Positions 23,245 to 34,038 of a stretch of 64,000 bases of DNA are shown piece by piece; the first letter of the stretch is position 1, and every line of letters starts with the position of its first letter. Source of the stretch: Mobula hypostoma (Eukaryota); the NCBI RefSeq assembly GCF_963921235.1, contig NC_086097.1, positions 163,806,001 to 163,870,000 on the forward strand, written 5' to 3'. Under the pieces are notes generated by a model that was given only the letters and a program-made list of their open reading frames with translations, was not told the origin of the DNA and made no database searches. Position numbers and translations under genes: made by a program.

Positions 23245-25496
23245 CCCTCCGCACTAATCCTAACCTTATTATTAAACCCGCCGATAAGGGGGGTGCTGTT
23301 GTAGTCTGGCGTACTGACCTCTACCTTGCCGAGGCACAGCGACAACTCGCGGATACCTCCTCTTATTTACCCCTTGATCGTGACCCCACTAAGGAGCACC
23401 AGGCCATTGTCTCCCACACCATCACCGATTTTATCCGCTCAGGGGATCTCCCATCCACTGCTACCAAACTTATAGTTCCCACACCCCACACTTCCCGTTT
23501 CTACCTCCTACCCAAGATCCACAAACCTGCCTGTCCTGGCCGACCTATTGTCTCAGCTTGCTCCTGCCCCACCAAACTCATTTCTGCATACCTCGACACT
23601 GTTTTATCACCCCTTGTTCAATCCCTTCCGACCTATGTTCGTGACACATCTCACGCTCTTAAACTTTTCGATGATTTTAAGTTCCCTGGCCCCCACCGCT
23701 TTATTTTCACCATGGATGTCCAGTCCCTATATACTTCCATCCCCCATCAGGAAGGTCTCAAAGCTCTACGCTTCTTTTTGGATTCCAGACCTAATCAGTT
23801 CCCCTCTACCACCACTCTGCTCCGTCCAGCGGAATTAGTCCTTACTCTTAATAATTTCTCCTTTGGCTCCTCCCATTTCCTCCAAACTAAAGGTTGTAGC
23901 TATGGGCGCCCGTATGGGTCCTAGCTATGCCTGCCTTTTTGTTGGGTTTGTGGAACAATCTATGTTCCGTGCCTATTCTGGTATCTTCCCCCACTTTTCC
24001 TTCGCTGCATCGACGACTGCATTGGCGCTGCTTCCTGCACGCATGCAGAACTCGTTGACTTTATTAACTTTGCCTCCAACTTTCACCCTGCCCTCAAGTT
24101 TACCTGGTCCATTTCCGACACCTCCCTCCCCTTTCTAGATCTTTCTGTCTCTGTCTCTGGAGACAGCTTATCCACTGATGTCTACTATAAGCCTACTGAC
24201 TCTCACAGCTATCTGGACTATTCCTCTTCTCACCCTGTCTCTTGCAAAAGCGCCATCCCCTTCTCGCAATTCCTCCGTCTCCGTCGCATCTGCTCTCAGG
24301 ATGAGGCTTTTCATTCTAGGACGAGGGAGATGTCTTCCTTTTTTAAAGAAAGGGGCTTCCCTTCCTCCACTATCAACTCTGCTCTTAAACGCATCTCCCC
24401 CATTTCACGTACATCTGCTCTCACTCCATCCTCCCGCCACCCCACTAGGAATAGGGTTCCCCTGGTCCTCACCTACCACCCCACCAGCCTCCGGATCCAA
24501 CATATTATTCTCCGTAATTTCCGCCGCCTCCAACGGGATCCCACCACTAAGCACATCTTTCCCTCCCCCCCCTCTCTGCATTCCGCAGGGATCGCTCCCT
24601 ACACAACTCCCTTGTCCATTCGTCCCCCCCATCCCTCCCCACTGATCTCCCTCCTGGCACTTATCCGTGTAAGCGGAACAAGTGCTACACATGCCCTTAC
24701 ACTTCCTCCCTTACTACCATTCAGGGCCCCAAACAGTCCTTCCAGGTGAGGCAACACTTCACCTGTGAGTCGACTGGGGTGATATACTGCGTCCGGTGCT
24801 CCCGATGTGGCCTTTTATATATTGGCGAGACCCGACGCAGACTGGGAGACCGCTTTGCTGAACATCTACGCTCTGTCCGCCAGAGAAAGCAGGATCTTCC
24901 AGTGGCCACACATTTTAATTCCACATCCCATTCCCATTCTGACATGTCTATCCACGGCCTCCTCTACTGTAAAGATGAAGCCACACTCAGGTTGGAGGAA
25001 CAACACCTTATATTCCGTCTGGGTAGCCTCCAACCTGATGGCATGAACATCGACTTCTCTAACTTCCGCTAAGGCCCCACCTCCCCCTCGTACCCCATCT
25101 GTTACTCATTTTTATGCACACATTCTTTCTCTCAATCTCCTTTTTCTCCCTCTGTCCCTCTGAATATACCTCTTGCCCGTCCTCTGAGTCCCCCCCCCTT
25201 GTCTTTCTTCCCGGACCTCCTGTCCCATGATCCTCTCGTATCCCCCTTTGCCTATCACCTGTCCAGCTCTTGGCTCTATCCCTCCCCCTCCTGTCTTCTC
25301 CTATCATTTTGGATCTCCCCCTCCCCCTCCAACTTTCAAATCCCTTACTCACTCTTCCTTCAGTTAGTCCTGACGAAGGGTCTCGGCCTGAAACGTCGAC
25401 TGCACCTCTTCCTACAGATGCTGCTTGGCCTGCTGCATTCACCAGCAACTTTGATGTGTGTTGCTTGAATTTCCAGCATCTGCAGAATTCCTGTTG
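23245..25496 (+). mobile_element. Penelope-like element (RT + GIY-YIG), 5'-truncated
   Basis: KPADKGG, MDVQSLYTSIPH, VAMG, RCIDD, and GIY-YIG VIYCVRCSRCGLLYIGETRR; 11-bp TSD TCTGGTTTTCT at 23234-23244 and 25497-25507. Confidence 0.95.
25366..25401 (+). ncRNA. Minimal type I hammerhead ribozyme motif in PLE terminus
   Basis: AGTC-CTGACGA-AGG gtctcgg CCT-GAAAC-GTC-GACT: stem I, conserved core, stem II, palindromic ACGT stem III, GUC cleavage triplet. Confidence 0.8.
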
Positions 25497-25999
25497 TCTG
25501 GTTTTCTTGTACAGATCTGGGTTGCCAGACCTAAGTGATAGAGATCTTGCCCTCAGTAGACGATGAACCTCCTGGTTCATCTATGGCTTTTGATTTGGGA
25601 ATGTACAGCAAGTTTTCGTAGGCACACACTCATCCACACAGCTTCCAATCCAATTTGCTCTGTGGTCTTTCATTATACTGAAAACTGGTTCAAACTGGAC
25701 AGGTAAGGGAATCTTCTCTTGTATGAACAACCTGTGAGATAACAAGGACAGTCTTGATTTATCCTGTCTTGACATCTCAGGTTTACAGACAGAAACTACA
25801 GAACTAGCTACACTACAAATTACTGAAAATCCACTGAACATTTACAAACAAGTTATTATCCCAACATATATGCAAGCATAATGGGAGGAGGTTTCTCATT
25901 ATCCACCCATCCATGCCCAAATTGTTTTGCAGACTTTTAACAGCTTCTCCTTGGACCCCTCTGCTCCAAGGAAAACATATCTAGCCATTTAATATCTCC

Positions 26000-26500
26000 T
26001 CATGACTGAAACACCTTTGGATACTACACCATAGGACAAATGTGAATAAGCTAGAGAAGTTGTAGGAAAGATTCACAAAAGTTTTGTTTGGATTGGAGGA
26101 CTTAAATTATGAGAAGAGATTGAGCAGACTGGGTCTGTATTCCTTGGAGCAAATGAGGCTGAGGACTAGCATGATAGATGTACAGTATATAAAATTATGA
26201 AAGGCACAGATAGGATAGATTGCCAGCGTCTATTTCTTGTGGTAATGAGCATAGCTTTGTGAGAGAGAGGAGGTTTAAAGGCAATTTGAAGGGTAAATTT
26301 CTTACACAAAATGTCGTTGTTACCTGGAATGAGCTGTCAGTGGGGGTGGTGGTGGAACGAACAATATAATAATATTTAAGAGGCATGGAGAGCTATGGAA
26401 TTATTACAGGCAAGTGGCATTCGAATATGTAAGCAATGATGATTACATAGATTCGGCTGAGGACTGAAGAACCTGTTTTTATGCTGTACAATTCTGTGAC
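26000..26500 (+). mobile_element. Old CR1 3' fragment
   Basis: Degenerate match to CR1 ORF2 end and 3' UTR (gaagaacctgtttttatgctgtac). Confidence 0.65.
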
Positions 26501-26811
26501 TTTCTGAAGTTCCAACCCAGACGAAGTTTTAGAGAATCTTTGCTATGCCCTCTCTTGTGTTCTTAATCCATTTTATAACGTATTGTCCGTTTGATGTTCA
26601 TGCCCAGGTCCTCTTGTGATACTCAGTGGCTAATAATCTGCATATAATCTTTTGTACCCTTATGTTAGTAATGCCTTGTAGAACATAAGTGGAGAATAAT
26701 GGTGGTTATTTGCTATGAATAGCACCTGGTCTTTGATTTCTCAATGATGCCTCAGAATTTTATGTCACACATTGCTATCCTCTGAGCAATCAATGCTTAA
26801 CTTAGTGCAGC

Positions 26812-26967
26812 AAACATGAAAAAATCTGCGGATGCTGGAAATCCAAAGCAATGCACACAAATGCTGGAGGAACTCATGATGAAGGATCTTGGTCCAAAAC
26901 GTGGACTGTTTACTCTTTTTCATAAATGCTGCCTGGCCTGCTGAGTTCCTCCAGCATTTTGTGTGTG
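26812..26967. repeat. PLE-terminus-derived hairpin element
   Basis: Arms cacacaaatgctggaggaactca / tgagttcctccagcattttgtgtg enclose a degenerate hammerhead (tgatgaaggatcttggtccaaaacgtggact). Confidence 0.7.
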
Positions 26968-26994
26968 ATAACTTGGTGCAGTCTTATTTTCGCC

Positions 26995-27320
26995 CACCCA
27001 GTGGCAGCTGGTAGGGCTGCTGCCTCACAACTTTGGATACTTGGGTTCAATCCTGACTTCTGGTGCAGCCTTTGTGGAGTTTGCATGTTTTTCCCTGTGA
27101 CCAATAAGGATTCCTCCAGATAACCTGGTTTCCTCACAGATCCCAAAGAATGCATAGATCTGGTAGGATAACTGGCCACTGTAAATTGCTCCTAGCTTGT
27201 AAGCGAGTGGGAAGATGTGAGGAAAGTTGATGCAAGTTTCGGGAGAATAAATTGAGATTACTGTGAAATGAGTGTAAATGGGTGTTTGATGGTCAGCGTG
27301 CAGTCAGTGGGCTGAAGATT
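26995..27320 (+). mobile_element. HE1/V-SINE tRNA-derived SINE
   Basis: tRNA-like head with B-box (gggttcaatcc) and V-domain (ggagtttgcatgtttttccctgtgacc...ggtttcctc). Confidence 0.8.
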
Positions 27321-28489
27321 TGATGACTTCTACTTGAGGTGCCACTGGGATATGCTTCACCAAAACCTGACCCTTCCAACCCAGTACTTAAATTCCAGAA
27401 ATCACTCTCAGTTTCACACAGTATTGGCAGCAATGATTGACAATTTCATTGTTATTATTACCATCTTTACATCTTATTGAGGAGTGCACTGGCCATCCGA
27501 ATTTTCAAGGGAGTGCAGCATCTCCTTGTGGTCAAGGCAGCTTTATCTCAGTAATGATGCGAGCCATGTTATTAACCTCATCAGTTAGCTTTCAACGAGT
27601 AGTAAAATTGAGCAAAGCGAAGTTCCAAAAAAAAACCCTTAGGTTATGGAAAGAAGATTGCTTGCTACACATCATTACAGTTTTTATTTTTGTTTATAAA
27701 CTGGAGTTATGTTGAAGATATTGGTCATCATGCAGCGTGTGACAATTTAATAACTGGCTTAAGGGGCTGTCTGATGCTGATATGGTAATGGCGAAGCAAT
27801 TAAGTTAGAGAAGAATAAAATACTCCATCTCCAATAGCAGTTGTGTGGAATCTGTAGCAGTAGTCTTTTTCGATCAGAATCATTGCACCTGTTTAATTAC
27901 AGTGATAATTGCACATTTAAAACTACACACCCAAGGGCCCTGGAAACTACATTTAAGCTGCAAATGTAACCTATTGGACAGTTAATAATCCTATTAGTTC
28001 TCAGCTGTCCTTGGGTAATACAGCATTTGTGGCTGAAAGAGAGTATGCACTGTGATAGTAAATGAGTATTTACTCTGTATCTCTTCTGCTCCTTTACTTG
28101 AAATATCCCAGAGTAATTGTTATGCAAAAAAATTACTCCAAATTGGTTTCAAATGACAGAAGATGTATAATAACAGGCTGTGACACGAATGTGTTAATGT
28201 GTTTTATTGTCTTTGCATCCTTTGATATCAAATTCAGTGGCATATGTTGCTTTCTGATAATGGAAGTTGGCAGTCTGGGAATTAATCACTTATAGTTTTT
28301 AAAAAGTAATTTTAAGATTGGGATGTAATTTAAAATGTGGATAAATGATATTAATAGTTTACAATAAGCAAGATGCACAAACTCTATCTTAGGGTGAAAT
28401 ATAAAGCTGAATGTACAATTTCCATTTTGCTATACGTGTGTGCAGAGGCAGAAATAGCTAATGTGAGAGGGTATAATGTGCATTCTCTG

Positions 28490-28860
28490 CTTATGCGAGG
28501 GCATATGAGAGAGCTCCCCAACAGCTCCAGCAAACCTGCACATTGAGTTCAAGTGCAACCCATCCCTTTTGTATAGCTCATACCTTTCCCGGGAAAGCAA
28601 AGCGGAAAAGGCTAATGCGAGAGGTGATTGGAGGAATGTATGGGGGGATATCAGTGGTAGGTTATTTACATAGAGACAGATGGGTGCGTGGAACATTTTG
28701 CCAGGGTTGGTGGTAAAGGCAGAAAGATTAGGGACATTAAAGAGATTCTTAGACCAGTACATTGATGGAAGAAATAGGAAGGGAAGCATTAGATTGATGA
28801 TAGAGTAGGTTAAAAGGCTAGCACAAAATCATGGGACAAAGTACTGTCTTTTGTTCTGTG
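28490..28860. mobile_element. CR1 remnants (minus ORF1 esterase scrap; plus-strand 3' end)
   Basis: RYELYKRDGLHLN on minus at ~28540-28590; CR1 3' end on plus at 28620-28860. Confidence 0.55.
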
Positions 28861-28864
28861 CCTC

Positions 28865-29787
28865 AGACAATAAGACATAGGAGCAGAATTAGGCCATTTG
28901 GCTCATTGAGACTGCTCCACCATTTCATCATGGGTGATCCAATTTTCCTCTGAACTCTAATCTCCTGCCTTCTCCCCATATCCCTTCATGTCCTGACCAA
29001 TCAAGAATCTATCAATCTCTGCCTTAAGTATACATTAAGACTTGGTCTCCATAGCTGCCTGTGGCATCAAATTCCACCGATTCGCCACTCTCTGAATAAA
29101 GAAATTCCTCCTCATCTCTTTTCAAAATGGATGCCCCTCTGTTCTGAGGCTGTGCCCTCTGGTCTTAGACTCTCCCACCATAGGAAACATTCTCTCCACA
29201 TTATCAAGGCTTTTCACCATTCGATATGTTTCAAGGTGGTCACCTCTCATTCTTCTGAATTCTGGTGAATACAGGCCAAGAGTCATCAAACACTCTTCAT
29301 ATGACATGCCATTCAATCCTGTAATTGTTTTCATGAACTTCCTTTAAACCCTTTCCAGTTTCAGCGCATCATTTCTAAGTTAAGGGGCTCAAACTGCTGA
29401 CAATACTCCAAGTGAGGCCTTACCAATGCTTTATAAAGTCTGAACATCACATCCTTGCTTTTATATTCTAATCCTCTTGAAATGAATGATAACTTTGCAT
29501 TTGCTTTCCTCACCACAGACTCAACCTGCAAATTAATCTTTTGGGAATCTGGCACAAGGACTCCCAAGTCCTTTTGCTCCACAGTTTTTTGTATTTTCTT
29601 TCCATTGAGAAAATAGTCAACCATTTCCTCTCTTCTACCAGAGCACATGACCATACACTTTCCAGCACTGTATTCACTTGCCATTTCTTTGCCCATTCTC
29701 GTAATCTGTCTGCCTTTCTGTAGCCTCTCTACTTTCTCAAAACTACCTGCCCCTCCATCTATCTTCAAATTGTCTGCAAACTTTGCA
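28865..29787 (-). mobile_element. CR1 3' fragment
   Basis: KFADNLKIDG, RKANAKLSFISRGLEYK, YKALVRPHLEYC and TRGHSL on minus. Confidence 0.85.
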
Positions 29788-31890
29788 GGGATATGTACAA
29801 TAAGGGAGATTAATGGGGAGGGATGTATGGACAAGGGAATCACAGATCCCGACAGAAAGTGGAGAGGGGTGGGGGGGGTGGAGATAGATGTGAAGATGTG
29901 TTTGGTGGAAGGATCCCTTAGGAGAGGATGGAAGTTGTGGATAATGATGAGTTGGATGTGGAGGTTCATGGAGTGGTAGGTGAGAACGAGATAAACTCTG
30001 TCCCTGTTAAGGCGGCAAGAAGATGAGGTGAGCGTGGATGTCCGGGCAATGAAGGAGATGCAGGTGAGGGTAGCATCAATGGTGGAGGAAGAAAACCCCT
30101 ATTCTTTGAAGAATGAGTACAGCTCTGATATCCTGGAAGGGAAAGCTTCAACATGGTGGGAACAAATGTGGCACGGATGAAGGAACTGAGAAAATGGAAT
30201 GGCATTTTTACAGAAGACAGTGGGAGGAAGTATAGTCAAGATGGTTGTGTGAATTGGTAGGTTTATAAAAGATTCCGGTAGACAGTTTGTCTCCAGAGAT
30301 GGAGACAGAGAGATTACAAAAGGCAAGAGAGGTGTTGGAAATAGACCAGGTGAATTTAAAGACAGGGAGGAAGTAGGAGGCAAAGTTGATGAAATGGACA
30401 AGCTCAGCATGGGTGCATGAAGCACTGTCAATTGAGTCATCAATGTAGTTGGCGAGCATTACCAGGGAAGGTTTGGAACATGGACTGCCCAACATAGCCA
30501 ACAAAAAGGCAGGAATAGATAGGGCCTATGCAGGAGCCCATGGCTACCCTGTGAGTTTGAAGAAAGTGGAAGGAGCTGAAGGCTAAATTGTTGAGGCTGA
30601 GGACCAGTTCTGCCAGAAGGACGAGGGTGGTGCTGGAGGGGAACTGTTTGGATCTTTTGTTGAGAAAGAAGCAGAGAGCTATAAGGCCTTCCTGATGGAG
30701 GATAGAAGTGTATTGGATTTGGACATCCATGGTGAAACTGAGGAGGTCAGAGCCAGGAAAATGAATTGAATGTTGTAGAAGAGATCGAGAGCATGTGAAG
30801 ATTCATGGATATAGGTGGGAATGGTCTAAACTAAGGGGGGTTAGAATGGAGTCGAGGTGTGCGACACGAGTTCAGTGGGGCAGGAGCAGGTGGATAGTGG
30901 GCCTACCAGGACAGTCAGGTCTGTGGATTAGGAGGTAGAAATGAGCAGTGGAGAGTAAGCGAACTATGGTTTGGTGGCAGTAGTTGGGGGTTCTCCAGAG
31001 TTGATGAGGTTAGTAATGGTGTGGGAAACAATTTTCTGAAGGTCCAAAGGAGTCCTTTTCAAGGGGTAAGTAAGAGGAGGTGTCTGAGAGTTGCCGCCTG
31101 GCCTCAGGAAGATAGAGGTCAGTCTACCACACTACAACAATGCACCATTTGTCTGCGAGTTCAATGGTAAGGTTGGGGTTGGTGCAGAGAAAGTGGAGGG
31201 CAGTAGGCTTAGAGGAGGAAGTTTCAAGAAGAGTGCTGAAGTTGAGCCAGTTGATGTCTCAGCTGCAATTAGAAATAGAAGATCCAGAGCAGGCATAGAG
31301 CCGGAGTGGGAAGTCCAAGAAGAGGAAGAGGGTTGGAAATGGGACAAGGGGCCCTGCCAAAGAAGTGGGCTCAAAGATGGAGGAAATGGAAGAAGAGCTT
31401 GGCATCATGGCAGGTGTGGAACTCACTGAGCTGTGTGCAAAGGGGGGCAAAGGTAAGACCCTTGCTGAGGACAGAACGTTCTGCCTCTCAGAGGGGAAGG
31501 TCAGAAGGAATGGTCAAGACATGGCAGGGAGTAGAGCTGGGATCGGGGAGGGGGCGAAGAGAATTTGTGGCATCAGTGGAGGGGCAGGGTGTGCAGGGAA
31601 GGTAGGGGGGAAGGAAGATGGAAGTCCTGAGGACCCAGAGGTGTCAGTGGAACCTGAGAAACCCAGGGTTGAAGAATGCTGGTGGGGGAAGGGGAGCCCT
31701 GGGCCGTGAAGGAGGAGGTGGTGGCAAAAGTCCATCTGGAGCTGGAATTAGAGGTTGTGTAATTTGTGGTCTGAAGGTGTCCAGGGTCATTAGAACCAGA
31801 GTTAGCAGCGATGGGATCTGCTGTCTGGAGTTGGTGATGATGGTACATTGTTGAGTTCTGTGTCCTCTGAGTTTTGGAGGAAAGGCTAAC
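29788..31890 (-). mobile_element. Older Penelope-like element (N-terminal region and RT; GIY-YIG end missing)
   Basis: MDVQIQYTSILHQEG, VAMGSCIGP, YIDD and KFTWSIS; homologous to 23245-24670. Confidence 0.85.
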
Positions 31891-31964
31891 CAAGTTCTGA
31901 ACCAAGTTTGTTAGGATCACAAAAATAATGCTGTGAAGTTTCTGGAGTGTTTTACAAAATGGAA

Positions 31965-32220
31965 CTTGAAATGACTTGCATTAAAATAGCACTTTTCATG
32001 GCGTTATGATGTCCCAAAGCACTTTACAACCAATAAGGAACTTTTGAAATATAGCAATTGCTATATTTGTGAAGCAATTGCCTATTTCGTCACAACTAGA
32101 AATGGAGTAAACATCAGAGGATTTTCTTTTATTAATAATAATATAAGAACAATATTAGTCTGGATACTGAGAATGGCTTCCATTCTCTTCTTTGAACTGG
32201 TCCCAGTGGGATTTGTCAAG
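31965..32220 (-). mobile_element. Deu-domain SINE fragment (SacSINE1/AmnSINE1-like)
   Basis: gatgtcccaaagcactttacaaccaataaggaacttttgaaatatag resembles the recalled reverse-strand Deu-SINE 3' region; similar to 55510-55800. Confidence 0.55.
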
Positions 32221-32231
32221 AGAGCAGTACT

Positions 32232-32720
32232 TTATACTTCATTGTCACCAAACAATTGGTACTGGAACGCATAATCATCACAGCGATATTTGATTCTGTG
32301 CTTCACACTCCCTGGATTACAAATATTAAATATTAAAGATATTAAAAATAGTTAAAATTAGTAAATAATAAAAATTTAAATTATAAATCATAAATAGAAA
32401 ATAGAAAAATGGGGAGTAAGGTAGTGCAAAAAAACCGAGAGGCAGGTCCGGATATTTGGAGGGTACGGCCCAGATCTGGGTCAGGATCCGTTCAGCAGTC
32501 TTATCACAGTTGGAAAGAAGCTGTTCCCAAATCTGGCCATACGAGTCTTCAAGCTCCTGAACCTTCTCCCGGAGGGAAGAGGAACAAGAAGTTTGCTGGC
32601 TGGGTGGGTCGTGTCCTTGATTATCCTGGCAGCACTGCTCTGACAGCGTGCGGTGTAAAGTGAGTCCACGGACGGAAGATTGGTTTGTGTGATATGCTGC
32701 ACCATGTTCACGATCTTCAG
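32232..32720 (-). mobile_element. Rex1/Babar 3' fragment (young)
   Basis: Open ORF end LPSGRRFRSLKTRMARFGNSFFPTVIRLLN plus AT-rich 3' UTR; CpGs retained. Confidence 0.8.
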
Positions 32721-33039
32721 TAGGAGCCAGTATGAAAATTTTACTGGAGGTTGTGCTCAGGATTCGATGTGGGACTCAAGCCCACCACTTTATGACATGG
32801 AGAAGTGTGCTAACAACTTTGACAACGAGCAACTCCTAAAATTTATTAATTGTGGAAGGTGGATGTCATAGACAACCTCAGCATTTATTGTCTATATCCC
32901 GAAATAAAAAGCCTGCGGTCTTTCCACCAGGTGCTCCAGATAATTGACCACTGCAAACCGTCCCTTGTGTGTAGGTAAGTGGGAGATGATGAGAAAGTGG
33001 AGAGAATAAAAAGGTTTGGGAACAAATGTCGGAATATAA

Positions 33040-33615
33040 ACACTAGAGATTCTGCAAATGCTGGAAATCTTACGGACCACACAGAAGAAGTGCTGGAGGA
33101 ACTCAGCTGGTTAAGCAGCATCCATGGAGGGGAATAAACAGTTGACATTTTGGGCTGAGACTCTTTATCACAATTGGAAAGGAAGAGAGAAGAAGCCAGG
33201 ATAAGAAGGTGCGGGGGAGGGGGCAGGAGGAGAAGTACAAGTTAGCAAGTGATAGGTGAATCTGGGTAAGGGGCAAGGTGAGTAGGTGAGGAGGGGTTAA
33301 AGTAAGAAGCTAGGAGGTAACCGGTGGAAGAGGTAAAGAACTGAAGAAGGAGGAATCTGATGAGAAGTCAGTGCACTATGGAAGAAAACAAAGGGGGAGG
33401 GGCACTAGGGGGAGGTGATGGGCAGGTGAGGAGAAGTAAAGGTGTGAGAAGGAAGTAGAATGGGGAGTGGAAAATGAGAGCTAGGGAGGTAGAATAAATT
33501 ATCAGAAGTTAGAGAAATCATTGTTCATGCCATCAGGTTGGAAGCTACTCAGACAGTATATGAAGTGCTACTCCCTAACCTGAGTGTAGCCCCATTGTCA
33601 CAGTAGAGGAGGGCC
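33040..33615 (-). mobile_element. Penelope 3' fragment with terminal segment
   Basis: Reverse complement of the GIY-YIG C-terminus (QPDGMNNDFSNF), pyrimidine-rich UTR and degenerate ribozyme tail. Confidence 0.75.
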
Positions 33616-33945
33616 CTCCATACCCCTCTCACATATGTACCTGCCAGACTTCACTTATATGCTACGATTGAACTCACGTCTCCCATTCCCACAGGCAGGT
33701 CAATCCACATTCACACCACTGTCTGAGTGAAAAATTTCCCCCTCAATCTCCCCTTAAATATTTCTCATTTTACCCTAAACCTATGATCTCTGGATCCAGA
33801 CTCTCCTAACCTGAGGGGAGAAAGCCTGCAAGCATTCACCCTATCTATGTCATTCATAATTTTGTATCATTTTATGAAATCTTACTTTATTCTCCTGCAG
33901 TCCAGTGTATAAAGCCCTGATCCATTGAACCTTTCCCTATAACTT
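33616..33945 (-). mobile_element. CR1 3' fragment
   Basis: caccactgtctgagtgaaaaatttccccctc...ccccttaaa is a reverse CR1 3' signature. Confidence 0.65.
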
Positions 33946-34038
33946 ATGAATGTTCTTACAGACCTGGAGAACTTGAGCATATTCCAGTAATTTTTGGCTT
34001 CTGCCTTGTAGATAGCAGAAAGACTTTACTTGGAGAAA

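Larger units (their letters stand above)
17095..25640 (-). mobile_element. Rex1/Babar LINE split into three parts (17095-18438, 22943-23244, 25497-25640) by nested insertions
   Basis: Reading continues across the insertions ([26 protein letters not shown]); RT motifs VMKCFERLV and GCVLSPQLHSLYTHD; tail tcagaaactgaatcagg. Confidence 0.85.

Noticed and set aside
26995..27070. tRNA gene
   Set aside because: It is a degenerate tRNA-derived SINE head followed by a V-domain, with no intact cloverleaf.
29361..29969. 202-aa ORF
   Set aside because: It is an accidental Penelope-CR1 fusion of decayed fragments.
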